Assembly: GCA_965262915.1 (NCBI GenBank)
Contig: OZ253564.1
Location: 4,512,001 to 4,576,000 of the forward strand
DNA length: 64,000 nt
Direction of reading: 5' to 3'
DNA from: Candidatus Spongiisociaceae bacterium
GTDB taxonomy: Bacteria; Actinomycetota; Acidimicrobiia; Spongiisociales; Spongiisociaceae
Shown: in pieces, positions 9,436 to 18,088 of the stretch
Layout: each line of letters begins with the position of its first letter
How positions within the stretch are numbered: position 1 is the stretch's first letter
Notes under the pieces: generated by a model
Databases searched by the model: none
Told to the model about the DNA's origin: nothing
The model's input: the letters and a program-made list of their open reading frames with translations, nothing else
Made by a program: the position numbers and the translations under genes

Positions 9436-10593
9436 CTAGCGGTCTGCCCGTGAAAGGGGGCACGGCTCTGCCACTGGTCGCTGGCGCAGCCGGCCCGGCG
9501 AGAAGTCACCAGCCTCCACACCGAGTTCGATCTGGTCCACCGGTGGCGCCCCGTCGGTTATGAGCGCCGCGGCCAGGCGGGCTGCCCCCGGAGCAGTCTG
9601 GATGCCGGTGCCGCCCTGCCCCGCCAGCCAGAAGAACCCCTCGGCGATGCTGTCGAAACCGATCACCATCGACCGGTCGGACACGAAGGAACGGAGGCCG
9701 GTCCAGGAGGAGCGCACCGTCCGGATGGCGAGCGTGGTAGCCCGGTTGATACGGTCTATCGCCAAGGCTATGTCGACCTCCTCGGGCCGAGCGTCACACG
9801 GAGCAGAGGGCTTCTCCTCGGCCGGCGAACACAGAAGTTGTTCACCGTCGGGCTTGAAGTACCACCGATGACCGATATCGATCACGGCCGGCCATCCGGA
9901 CCAATCCGGACGCCCCGGAACCATGAAGACCGTGCGGCGCATGGGAACCAGCCCGACCGGGCAGACTCCCGCCATCTCGGCCACGGCATCGCCCCAGGCC
10001 CCCGCGGCGTTCACCACCACGTCGGCGACGATCGATTCGCCGCCCGCCCGCACCGTCCAACGGCCACCTGATCGGGCAATGGCTACGACCGGAGCCGCCG
10101 ACCGTATCGTGCCGCCCGCACCACGCATTCCCCGCACGAAGGCCTGGTGGAGGGCGGCCACGTCGAGATCGGCCGCCTGCGGCTCCATCAAAGCACCCGC
10201 CAGTATCTCCGTCCTGATCACGGGCACCAGAGCGCCCACCTCGGCAGGGCTGATCGGTTGCAGGCCCACCCCGTGCGCCGCCTCGGCTTCCAGAATGTCC
10301 ATCTGGTCCGGGCGCGCGACCAGGATCACCCCCCTCGAGCTCACCAGCGGACCATCGGCCAGTCGCGCCGGAGGATTGTTGAGGAACTCCAGACTCGCGG
10401 CAGTAAGGCTCTGGATCGGTCCGGTGCCGTAACTCTCGTAGAGCACCGCCGCCGACCGCCCCGTGGTGTGGTATGCAAGCTGAGGCTCCGCTTCCACCAG
10501 CAACACGTCGCGGCCTGCCGCAGCCAGGTAGTAACCGACCGACACGCCGGCGATGCCGCCGCCTATCACCAGGATGTCGGTTGAGTAGGCCAT
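9436..10593 (-). CDS. FAD-dependent oxidoreductase (D-amino acid dehydrogenase, DauA-like)
   Basis: VIGGGIAG, HTTGRSAA, NAAGAWGD, WTGLRSF, GQGGTGIQTAP. Start trimmed to ATG 10593. Confidence 0.85.
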   Translation of the reverse strand: MAYSTDILVIGGGIAGVSVGYYLAAAGRDVLLVEAEPQLAYHTTGRSAAVLYESYGTGPIQSLTAASLEFLNNPPARLADGPLVSSRGVILVARPDQMDILEAEAAHGVGLQPISPAEVGALVPVIRTEILAGALMEPQAADLDVAALHQAFVRGMRGAGGTIRSAAPVVAIARSGGRWTVRAGGESIVADVVVNAAGAWGDAVAEMAGVCPVGLVPMRRTVFMVPGRPDWSGWPAVIDIGHRWYFKPDGEQLLCSPAEEKPSAPCDARPEEVDIALAIDRINRATTLAIRTVRSSWTGLRSFVSDRSMVIGFDSIAEGFFWLAGQGGTGIQTAPGAARLAAALITDGAPPVDQIELGVEAGDFSPGRLRQRPVAEPCPLSRADR

Positions 10594-10911
10594 CCACCAA
10601 GCATACGAGACCCACGTTCGGCGCAGGCCTGCTTTCCATGCCGGGATCGCCGGACGTAACGGCTGCCGCTCCCGGCGAAAACCCCGGGCGGGTACGGCGA
10701 GCATCAGGCCGGTGCAGGGTCTCCGCATAGAGCTCGATCCTTGCCGACCCAGGCCGCCGGGATACGAGCAACTACAATGGACAAGGTGCAAGCTTGCCGG
10801 CGGAAGGCTATCCTGGCGCCTCGGTTCCTGAGGGCCGTCACCGGCGGTAGGTCGCCCGTAGCCCACCGGAAACCAACCCTGACAGTCCTCGTGACGAAAG
10901 GCACCTACGTC

Positions 10912-11130
10912 ATGAATACCGGAGACACCGCGTGGGTCCTGGTTGCTACGAGGCCGATCTTGTTCATGACCTTGCCCAGCCTCGCCATGGGGTCCAGTGC
11001 GATCGGAGTCCCCGACGTTCTCACCGATCAGAGCTTCGGTGGCATATTCAGTACGGTGACGGTCGCTGTCCTGGCGTTGAAGGACCTCCGGAGTAGCGGC
11101 CTCTCGGTCTGTGGCAGTAGCCTTGGACGG
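10912..11130 (+). pseudogene. Internally deleted ammonium transporter (amt) relic
   Basis: MNTGDTAWVLVATRPILFMTLPSLAM matches the AmtB N-terminus at 18089. It is followed by DVLTDQSFGGIFSTVTVAVLALKDLRSSGLSV, which matches the late AmtB segment DVFAVHGVGGILGTLLVSVVAVTALGGRGLSV. Confidence 0.7.
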
Positions 11131-11518
11131 CCGGATCGGTTTTACAGGTCGCACGTGTACGAGGGACCGTGGTCCGCTCGGGCGCGATCGTGTTCAGGAT
11201 CGGGCAGGCGCTCGGCGCGCCGGCCGATCGGCTGCGGGCCGATCGCGAAGAGGAGATGGTAGGCCTTGACCTGGATAACCATGGTGAAAGGGCTTCTAAC
11301 CTATAACCTTTCCGGAGGAAAGAAAAGGAGGTTAGTGACCAAGACTATTGTCGACGACAACACGACCGTACTGGATTGATCCGGTTCACGGGTCCTCGGA
11401 TGGACACGGGAATCACCAACCTGGTCGCTAAAGAAGGTCAAGGCTTCTACTTGACCCGATACGGTAAAAGTCGATGCGGGTGGCGTTGGATGACACTCGA
11501 TCTAAGAAAGGAAACACA

Positions 11519-11857
11519 GTGGCAATTAGCACTGAACGGGAGGGCTGGGCGTTGGTCATCAAGGCCGAGGGCCGTATTGACGGCTCCAACGCTGCAAAGT
11601 TCCTGGATTCCGTGGAAGCTGTCATCGATCAAAGCGATGACGCCGTAATCCTAGACTTCACACAACTTGACTACATTAGTAGTGCTGGACTCAGGATAAT
11701 CCTGCTGATCGCAAAAGACCTTCGTCAAAGGAACGTGAAGTTCGCGGTCTGTTCGCTATCCAGTTCGGTCCATGAGATTTTCATGATCAGCGGATTCAAC
11801 CAGATCATAGACATCCACGATTCCTCCGCCTCCGCCGTAGCCGCGTTACAGAACTAG
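11519..11857 (+). CDS. STAS-domain anti-sigma factor antagonist (RsbV/SpoIIAA-like)
   Basis: GRIDGSNA and LDFTQLDYISSAGLR with the phosphorylatable Ser. GTG start follows AAGGA. Confidence 0.9.
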   Translation: MAISTEREGWALVIKAEGRIDGSNAAKFLDSVEAVIDQSDDAVILDFTQLDYISSAGLRIILLIAKDLRQRNVKFAVCSLSSSVHEIFMISGFNQIIDIHDSSASAVAALQN

Positions 11858-11941
11858 TTGTACAGGCACGATAAAGTTTCCGGGTCTGGTCCGGTTGAGG
11901 AAGAGCGTATATCGTAAACCTTCGAGAATAGGGGTCAGAAA

Positions 11942-13102
11942 GTGGAGACATACAAGATCCTGGTAGTTGATGATGAGCCAGACCTCCAGCCTCTTATTCT
12001 GCAGCGTATGAGGCGGAGTATTCGTTCGGGCCGTTTTACGTTTGTCTTTGCTCTAAACGGTGTGGAAGCTCTCGAACGATTGGACGAGCAACCCGACATC
12101 GACATGGTTCTCTCCGATATCAACATGCCCCGGATGGACGGGTTGACCTTACTTGAGCAGATACCGAAGGTCAACCCCAATATTCGTTCCGTGATAATCT
12201 CAGCTTACGGTGATATGAAGAATATCCGTACGGCGATGAATCGCGGTGCTTTTGATTTCGTCACTAAACCACTGGATTTCAAAGATCTGAGACACACGAT
12301 CGATCGTACTCTGCTCCATCTTCTCGAATGGCGCGAAGCACTTGCATCGCGTGATCAGCTGATCATGCTCCAGAATGAACTCGATGTCGCCAGCAAGATC
12401 CAGCAGTCGATACTACCTACAAGATTTCCAAACAGCGACAACTATCAGATCTTTGCCAGTATGGAGCCTGCCCGCAACGTCGGGGGTGATTTCTACGATA
12501 TCCTGATGTTGGAAGGCGACCATCTCGGTCTTGCCATCGCTGATGTTTCCGATAAAGGCGTACCAGCCGCTCTCTTCATGATGTCAAGTCGTACCTTGTT
12601 GAAGGGGACTGCTATTGGAGTCCCCGATCCAGGTCAAGTACTGAGAGAAGTTAATGATCTTCTTTATGAAGATAACGACGCTGCGATGTTCGTCACTGTC
12701 ATCTACGCGGTCTACTCTCCCGTCACCGGAGAGTTCAAGTACGCCAATGGCGGCCACAATCCACCTCTCATCCTACATAGCGACGGAACCTCTACGTTGC
12801 TCCCTCCGATCGGTGGAATCGCTCTCGGAGTAGCCCCAGGTATGAAGTTCCCTCAGGAGACGCTAACTCTCGCTCCGGGTGAAACGCTCTTTCTCTATAC
12901 CGACGGCGTCACCGAGGCGATGAATTCGGATCGAGAAGAGTTCGGAATGGATCGCCTACGAGAGGTGTTCGAAGGTAGGCATCCCAGAAGTTCCAAGGAG
13001 GCCAATCAGGCTGTCTTCGAAGCCGTTCATGCCTTTGCAGGGGATTATCCACAGTCGGATGATATAACTTGCCTCACACTATCTCGATTGGTAGGGCAAT
13101 GA
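11942..13102 (+). CDS. Response-regulator receiver fused to PP2C/SpoIIE phosphatase (RsbU/RsbY-like)
   Basis: Receiver: VVDDE, SDINMP, FVTKP. PP2C: VGGDFYD, ADVSDKG, YTDGVTEA, SDDIT. Confidence 0.92.
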   Translation: METYKILVVDDEPDLQPLILQRMRRSIRSGRFTFVFALNGVEALERLDEQPDIDMVLSDINMPRMDGLTLLEQIPKVNPNIRSVIISAYGDMKNIRTAMNRGAFDFVTKPLDFKDLRHTIDRTLLHLLEWREALASRDQLIMLQNELDVASKIQQSILPTRFPNSDNYQIFASMEPARNVGGDFYDILMLEGDHLGLAIADVSDKGVPAALFMMSSRTLLKGTAIGVPDPGQVLREVNDLLYEDNDAAMFVTVIYAVYSPVTGEFKYANGGHNPPLILHSDGTSTLLPPIGGIALGVAPGMKFPQETLTLAPGETLFLYTDGVTEAMNSDREEFGMDRLREVFEGRHPRSSKEANQAVFEAVHAFAGDYPQSDDITCLTLSRLVGQ

Positions 13103-13533
13103 TCCCATCGATATCTCTCAGGATCTCCCCCAATAACAAGGAGAGTAATACTGAGATATTGGAGCGTATATCCTCTCGAGTCGAGGAAATGGGCGAGGAG
13201 GACAACTGGCCCCCTCGACTCATCTATCTGGTGAACCTTACACTCGAGGAGTTCGGAATCAACGCCCTCACCCATGGGCGCTACCATGGTCTGGACGAAC
13301 TCGAGATAACAATCAGATCCGAGACACACAGCCTGATCATCGAAATGTCTGATAACGGCGCCCCGTTCGATCCCCTCAACGATGCTCCTGTGCCGGATCC
13401 GAATGCACCGCTCGAGACCCGACCCATCGGAGGACTCGGTATCTATCTGATCCGAAAGATGGTTGACGATATCCATTACAGAAGAGAAGATGGAAGGAAT
13501 CGCCTGACCCTGATTACAGGGAGGTCTCGATAA
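13099..13533 (+). CDS. RsbW-like anti-sigma factor / serine kinase (HATPase_c_2)
   Basis: EEFGINALTHG, DNGAPFDP, GGLGIYLIRKMVD. ATGA overlap with the upstream gene. Confidence 0.88.
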   Translation: MIPSISLRISPNNKESNTEILERISSRVEEMGEEDNWPPRLIYLVNLTLEEFGINALTHGRYHGLDELEITIRSETHSLIIEMSDNGAPFDPLNDAPVPDPNAPLETRPIGGLGIYLIRKMVDDIHYRREDGRNRLTLITGRSR

Positions 13534-14801
13534 AGCCTTCCTCCAGGCTGGGTGCAAGGCTCCTGATCCTCGGGCTCGGCGCCGCAGGTCTCATGGCGTC
13601 CGGTTGTGGGTCTGGTAGCGACGGGAGAACCGCAGAGTCGGCCGATTCTCGAGCAGGCCCGCCGGCCGACACGACCCTTCCTGCACCCGCGCCGACGCCG
13701 GGAGTCTCCGACCACCGCATCCTCTTCGGCCAGTCGGCCGCGTTCAGTGGACCCGCTCAGGAACTCGGCAAGGGTATGCGCCTCGGCATCGAAGCAGCCT
13801 TCCAGGAAGTGAACCGGGACGGCGGGCTCCATGGCCGCGTCCTGGAGCTCGTGTCGTACGACGACACCTACGAACCGGAACTCGCCATCGCCAACACGCT
13901 GAGCCTCATCAACAGGGAGAAGGTCTTCGCTCTGATCGGCGAGGTCGGTACACCGACATCGAGGTCGGTCACTCCCGTCGCCGCCGACGCCGGCATTCCC
14001 TATGTTGCTCCTTTCACCGGCGCCGCCTTTCTGCGCGACCAGGAATGGAGCAATATCGTCAACCTGCGGGCCTCGTATGCCCAGGAAACCGAGGAGATGG
14101 TCGAACGCCTGACCACCGACCTGGGTATTGAACGTATCGCCATCATGTATCAGGACGACTCCTTCGGCCGGACCGGCTATCAGGGCGCCTTGGCAGCGCT
14201 CCAGCGCCGAGGTATGGAGCCGGCAGCCGTCGGTCTGTATCCGCGCAACACCACCGCGGTCAAGACAGGCCTGGTGGACCTCAGGGCTGGGCGACCTGAA
14301 GCGGTGATCATCGTGGGTGCCTACAAACCGGTGGCCGCCCTGATCGCGTGGGCACGCCATGGGATGGACTACACAGGTTTCGATCCGGTGTTCGTAACCA
14401 TCTCGTTCGTGGGCAGCAACGCCTTGGCACAAGAATTGGGCCCGGCCGGAGAGGGCGTGTTCGTCACTCAGGTGGTGCCCTTCCCCACCGACGATTCGTT
14501 ACCCGTCGTGGCCGCATACCTCCGGGCTCTCTCCGCATACGATCCCGATGCCACACCCGGCTTCGTCTCGCTCGAAGGCTACCTGGCAGGAAGACTGGCC
14601 ATAGCCGGACTGGAGCGTTGCGGATCGGATGTCAACAGAGCCTGTTTTCTCGATGGCCTGCTGGAGGCTCGGACAATCAACATCGAGGGGTTGCAACTCA
14701 CCTACGGCGAGGGTGACAACCAAGGGTCGGACCAGGTCTTCCTGACCGTTATCGGCGAGGACGGCCGTTATCGACCCACGGACACGATGCGGACGGAGTA
14801 G
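13530..14801 (+). CDS. Ligand-binding lipoprotein (LivJ/PBP type 1 family)
   Basis: FGQSAAFSGPA, DDTYEP, GEVGTPT, NLRASY, QVVPFP. The lipoprotein signal (M)KPSSRLGARLLILGLGAAGLMASGC requires an ATA start at 13530. Confidence 0.85.
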   Translation: MKPSSRLGARLLILGLGAAGLMASGCGSGSDGRTAESADSRAGPPADTTLPAPAPTPGVSDHRILFGQSAAFSGPAQELGKGMRLGIEAAFQEVNRDGGLHGRVLELVSYDDTYEPELAIANTLSLINREKVFALIGEVGTPTSRSVTPVAADAGIPYVAPFTGAAFLRDQEWSNIVNLRASYAQETEEMVERLTTDLGIERIAIMYQDDSFGRTGYQGALAALQRRGMEPAAVGLYPRNTTAVKTGLVDLRAGRPEAVIIVGAYKPVAALIAWARHGMDYTGFDPVFVTISFVGSNALAQELGPAGEGVFVTQVVPFPTDDSLPVVAAYLRALSAYDPDATPGFVSLEGYLAGRLAIAGLERCGSDVNRACFLDGLLEARTINIEGLQLTYGEGDNQGSDQVFLTVIGEDGRYRPTDTMRTE

Positions 14802-14803
14802 TC

Positions 14804-16978
14804 ATGGGAGACAGTCTGAAGCGCCTGCTCGAACTCCGGTTCCGGATCTCGACCCAGATGTACTTCGGCATCGGCGGCGCGCTCGTGCTGACGATCGCCG
14901 CCAGTATCGTCGGATGGATCTCCTTCAACCGCGTGGATGAGGCACAGAGCCGGGTGACGGAGGGCAGCCTGCCCGAGATGGCGGCCGCCTTCCGGATCGC
15001 CGAGCACAGCAGCACGCTCGTGGCCGCCGCCCCGCGCCTGGTAGCCGCGGCCACCCCGGCCGATCTCGCAAGCGTATCCGCCGAGATCGCCGAGGCGGAG
15101 AAGGGATTCCAAGGACAGATATCTCTCCTGCAAGAGCAGGACATGGGCGAAACCAGCTACGAACAGATCCGCAGGAACGCCGAGACGCTGTTCGACAACC
15201 TGGACGAGATCGAGGACGAGATGCCCCGCATCTTCGATCTGACCGAACGGAGCGAGAGCCTGCGGGCAGAGCTCATCGACCTCCGTGACCGTCTTGATGA
15301 CATCGTCGTCCCGGCCATCGACGACCAGCTCTTCTACTTCTTGTCGGGTTACCGCGCCCTCGACCAACCCCGGTCATCCAGCGATGCGCACTTCGCGGAG
15401 CCCGAGTTCAACCGCTACCGGCATCTCGCCTCGTTGCTGGCCGACGCGACTCTGGCCACACAACTGCTGTCGAGCGCTTTCAACGTGTCGGACCCCGCTT
15501 TCATCGAGCCGCTGCAGGAGAGCTTCGAATCCGCCGCAGGCCACCTCACGATCGCCATGTCGTCCATCGGAGAGTCAGAGGTGCTCACGGAGATCCGTCC
15601 CATCTTCACCCGCCTGTTCGAGATGGGTTCCCAGGAAGGGGACGGATTCGACCTCCTGGTCCAGAAGCTCGAGCTCGACAGGCAGCAGAGGAATCTGCTG
15701 ATCAGAAACCAGGAATTGGCGCTCGCCCTGGTCGCCGAGGTGGACGGGTTGGTCACATCCGCGGAAACCGGCGCCGATACCGCCAATGTCGCCTCCGCCC
15801 AGGCCATCGGCACGGGCCGTACCCTGCTGCTCGTGATCACCGCGGTAGGGATCGCCGGGGCGCTGCTGATCAGCTGGGGGTTCGTCGGCCGCGTCCTGCT
15901 GCGCCGGATCGGCAGGCTCTCGGAGCGGATGCGACACATGGCCGACGGCGATCTGGAAGCCGAGGTGGATATCAGCGGGCGTGACGAGGTGGCCGACATG
16001 GCTTCCGCCCTGGAAGTGTTCCGGCGGCATGCCCTGGAGGTACAGCGGCTGAACCTGGTCGAGAAGCTGGCCGAGGAGCTGGGCGAGAAGAACAACCAGC
16101 TGGAGGAGGTACTGGAGGAGCTCCAGCGAGCCCAGGACCAGATAGTCATGCGGGAGAAACTGGCGGCGCTCGGTGAGGTCACCGCCGGCGTGGCGCACGA
16201 GATCCGTAACCCCCTCAACTTCGTCAAGAACTTCTCCGAGGCCTCCGAGGAACTGATCGAGGAGTTGCAGGAGATCATGGAGGAGGAAGAGCCGACCGAG
16301 GAGGACGAGGAACTGGTCGAGGAGATCATCCAGGACCTCACCGACAACCTGGAACGCATCCGTAACCACAGCGAACGCGCCAACCGTATCGTCCGCGATA
16401 TGCTCATGATGGGCCGGGGCGGGGGAGATTGGCAGCCGATCGATCTCAACACGGTGCTCAACGAACACGCCCTGCTCGCCTTCCACAGCGCCCGGGCCAC
16501 CGACCCCAATTTTCAACTCGACATCCAGCGCGATCTTGATCCGGACATGGGCAACATCGAGGCCATCCCCCAGGACCTGGGCCGGACCTTCCTCAACATG
16601 GTGGGCAACTCCTGTCAGGCAACGGACATGAAGCGCCACGCGCTCCTGGAATCCCCGCGGGACGGGGAGCCCTATGTACCCACGGTCACGCTCAAGACCC
16701 GTCGGGTCGGTGACAGGGCCGCAATCACCATCCGGGACAACGGCGACGGCATCCCCACCGATGTGATCGACAAGATCTTCAACCCGTTCTTCACCACCAA
16801 GCCCACCGACAAGGGTACAGGACTCGGGTTGGCGCTCTCGAACGACATCGTCCGCCAGCACGGCGGTACGATCAGCGTCGAATCCAGCCACGGCGAGTTC
16901 ACGGAGATGACAATCGAGCTGCCGCTCACCAAGCCGGCGACACCGGCAGTCGCACAGGACGAGGCGCCCATCGGATAG
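14804..16978 (+). CDS. Membrane sensor histidine kinase (large helical extracytoplasmic domain, HAMP, HisKA, HATPase)
   Basis: Two TM helices, HAMP (GRDEVADMA), H-box AHEIRNPLN, DNGDGI, FNPFFTTK, GTGLGL. Confidence 0.92.
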   Translation: MGDSLKRLLELRFRISTQMYFGIGGALVLTIAASIVGWISFNRVDEAQSRVTEGSLPEMAAAFRIAEHSSTLVAAAPRLVAAATPADLASVSAEIAEAEKGFQGQISLLQEQDMGETSYEQIRRNAETLFDNLDEIEDEMPRIFDLTERSESLRAELIDLRDRLDDIVVPAIDDQLFYFLSGYRALDQPRSSSDAHFAEPEFNRYRHLASLLADATLATQLLSSAFNVSDPAFIEPLQESFESAAGHLTIAMSSIGESEVLTEIRPIFTRLFEMGSQEGDGFDLLVQKLELDRQQRNLLIRNQELALALVAEVDGLVTSAETGADTANVASAQAIGTGRTLLLVITAVGIAGALLISWGFVGRVLLRRIGRLSERMRHMADGDLEAEVDISGRDEVADMASALEVFRRHALEVQRLNLVEKLAEELGEKNNQLEEVLEELQRAQDQIVMREKLAALGEVTAGVAHEIRNPLNFVKNFSEASEELIEELQEIMEEEEPTEEDEELVEEIIQDLTDNLERIRNHSERANRIVRDMLMMGRGGGDWQPIDLNTVLNEHALLAFHSARATDPNFQLDIQRDLDPDMGNIEAIPQDLGRTFLNMVGNSCQATDMKRHALLESPRDGEPYVPTVTLKTRRVGDRAAITIRDNGDGIPTDVIDKIFNPFFTTKPTDKGTGLGLALSNDIVRQHGGTISVESSHGEFTEMTIELPLTKPATPAVAQDEAPIG

Positions 16979-17056
16979 GAGGGTGCGACGAACGGCCGGG
17001 AGCCCCGCCGACGATCACCGGATCCGAGCGGGGCTTGTACAGCCGCATTCGGTCTC

Positions 17057-17157
17057 CTGGTGGGATGTCTGCAAAGTGATCCGGCGTGCCCTGGCAGCCA
17101 TCGGCGCCCCTCGCTGCCGGCGCATGCCACACCACCACTCCACAGACAGACCACTAG
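17057..17157. mobile_element. MITE-like element family B, copy 1 (101 bp)
   Basis: Imperfect inverted ends ctggtgggatgtctgcaaagtg / cactccacagacagaccactag. Shares a core with 22741-22841. Confidence 0.65.
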
Positions 17158-17166
17158 CATGGGCCG

Positions 17167-17865
17167 ATGGTCGGTACGACCTCGACGAACCCCTCCCCCG
17201 CCGAATTCGTCTACGTGGGTGATGTGATGTGCTCGTGGTGCTGGGGATTCGCCCCCACCCTGCACCGGCTGGAAGAACGATTCGGCCTCCCCGTGCGAGT
17301 CGTCAACGGCGGCCTGCGTCCCGGACCCCACGCCCAAGTGCTGGACGAAGATATGGCCGGATACCTGAGCCAGGCCTGGACGAAGGTGGCCGAGGCGACT
17401 GGCCAACCGTTCGACAATTCCTTCCTCGACCGGCTCGACGGGTGGAATTTCGACTCCGAATTTCCAGCGATCGCCGTGACCGCCATGCGAGATCACGACC
17501 CAGGCTCGGCGTTGCGCTTCTTCACCGATGTCCAGCACGCATTCTTCGCCGGCGGGATCGACATCACCGATCCCGCCGAGTACCGGCGCCTCGTCGAGGA
17601 CTATCCCGTCGAGCCGGGACCCTTCGTGGAGTACCTGGTCGGTGCCGAGGCGCGACGCGCGGCCTGGGAGGACTTCGAGGAGGCACGCTCGTTCGGGATC
17701 GCCTCCTTCCCCGCTCTGCTGCTGCGGGCCGACGGCAAGGTGGCGATAGTCACCAAGGGATGGCAACCCTACGAGCAGCTGGAGCCGCCACTGCACGCCT
17801 TCCTGTCGGACTCGGGTTTCTCGGTGCCCACCGGCGAGACCTGCTCGATTGAGAAGGATTGCTGA
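17167..17865 (+). CDS. DsbA-family (FrnE-like) thiol-disulfide oxidoreductase
   Basis: DVMCSWCWGF CxxC motif, NGGLRP, GIASFPAL cis-Pro motif. Confidence 0.82.
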   Translation: MVGTTSTNPSPAEFVYVGDVMCSWCWGFAPTLHRLEERFGLPVRVVNGGLRPGPHAQVLDEDMAGYLSQAWTKVAEATGQPFDNSFLDRLDGWNFDSEFPAIAVTAMRDHDPGSALRFFTDVQHAFFAGGIDITDPAEYRRLVEDYPVEPGPFVEYLVGAEARRAAWEDFEEARSFGIASFPALLLRADGKVAIVTKGWQPYEQLEPPLHAFLSDSGFSVPTGETCSIEKDC

Positions 17866-18088
17866 CCGGCGGCCACCAACCGACAGGCCGACGGCGTGTC
17901 CCGTAGTCGGCTTGCCGCTATCAGTGCCCCCACGACACCGATCGACCCGCCCCCCGACCAAGCCGAGCAGAACCAAGATGTACTAACCTGCCGCCATGGC
18001 GTGATCTCGGGTACGTCATCGCCTCGTGGTCGGACGTCCCAAAGACCTCTGTACCGAAGACTCTGAACCCGAACAGAAGGGAGCCACC

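Noticed and set aside
10741-11262. 173-aa ORF as a real protein
   Set aside because: Only the part from 10912 has recognisable amt-derived similarity; better explained as a pseudogene.
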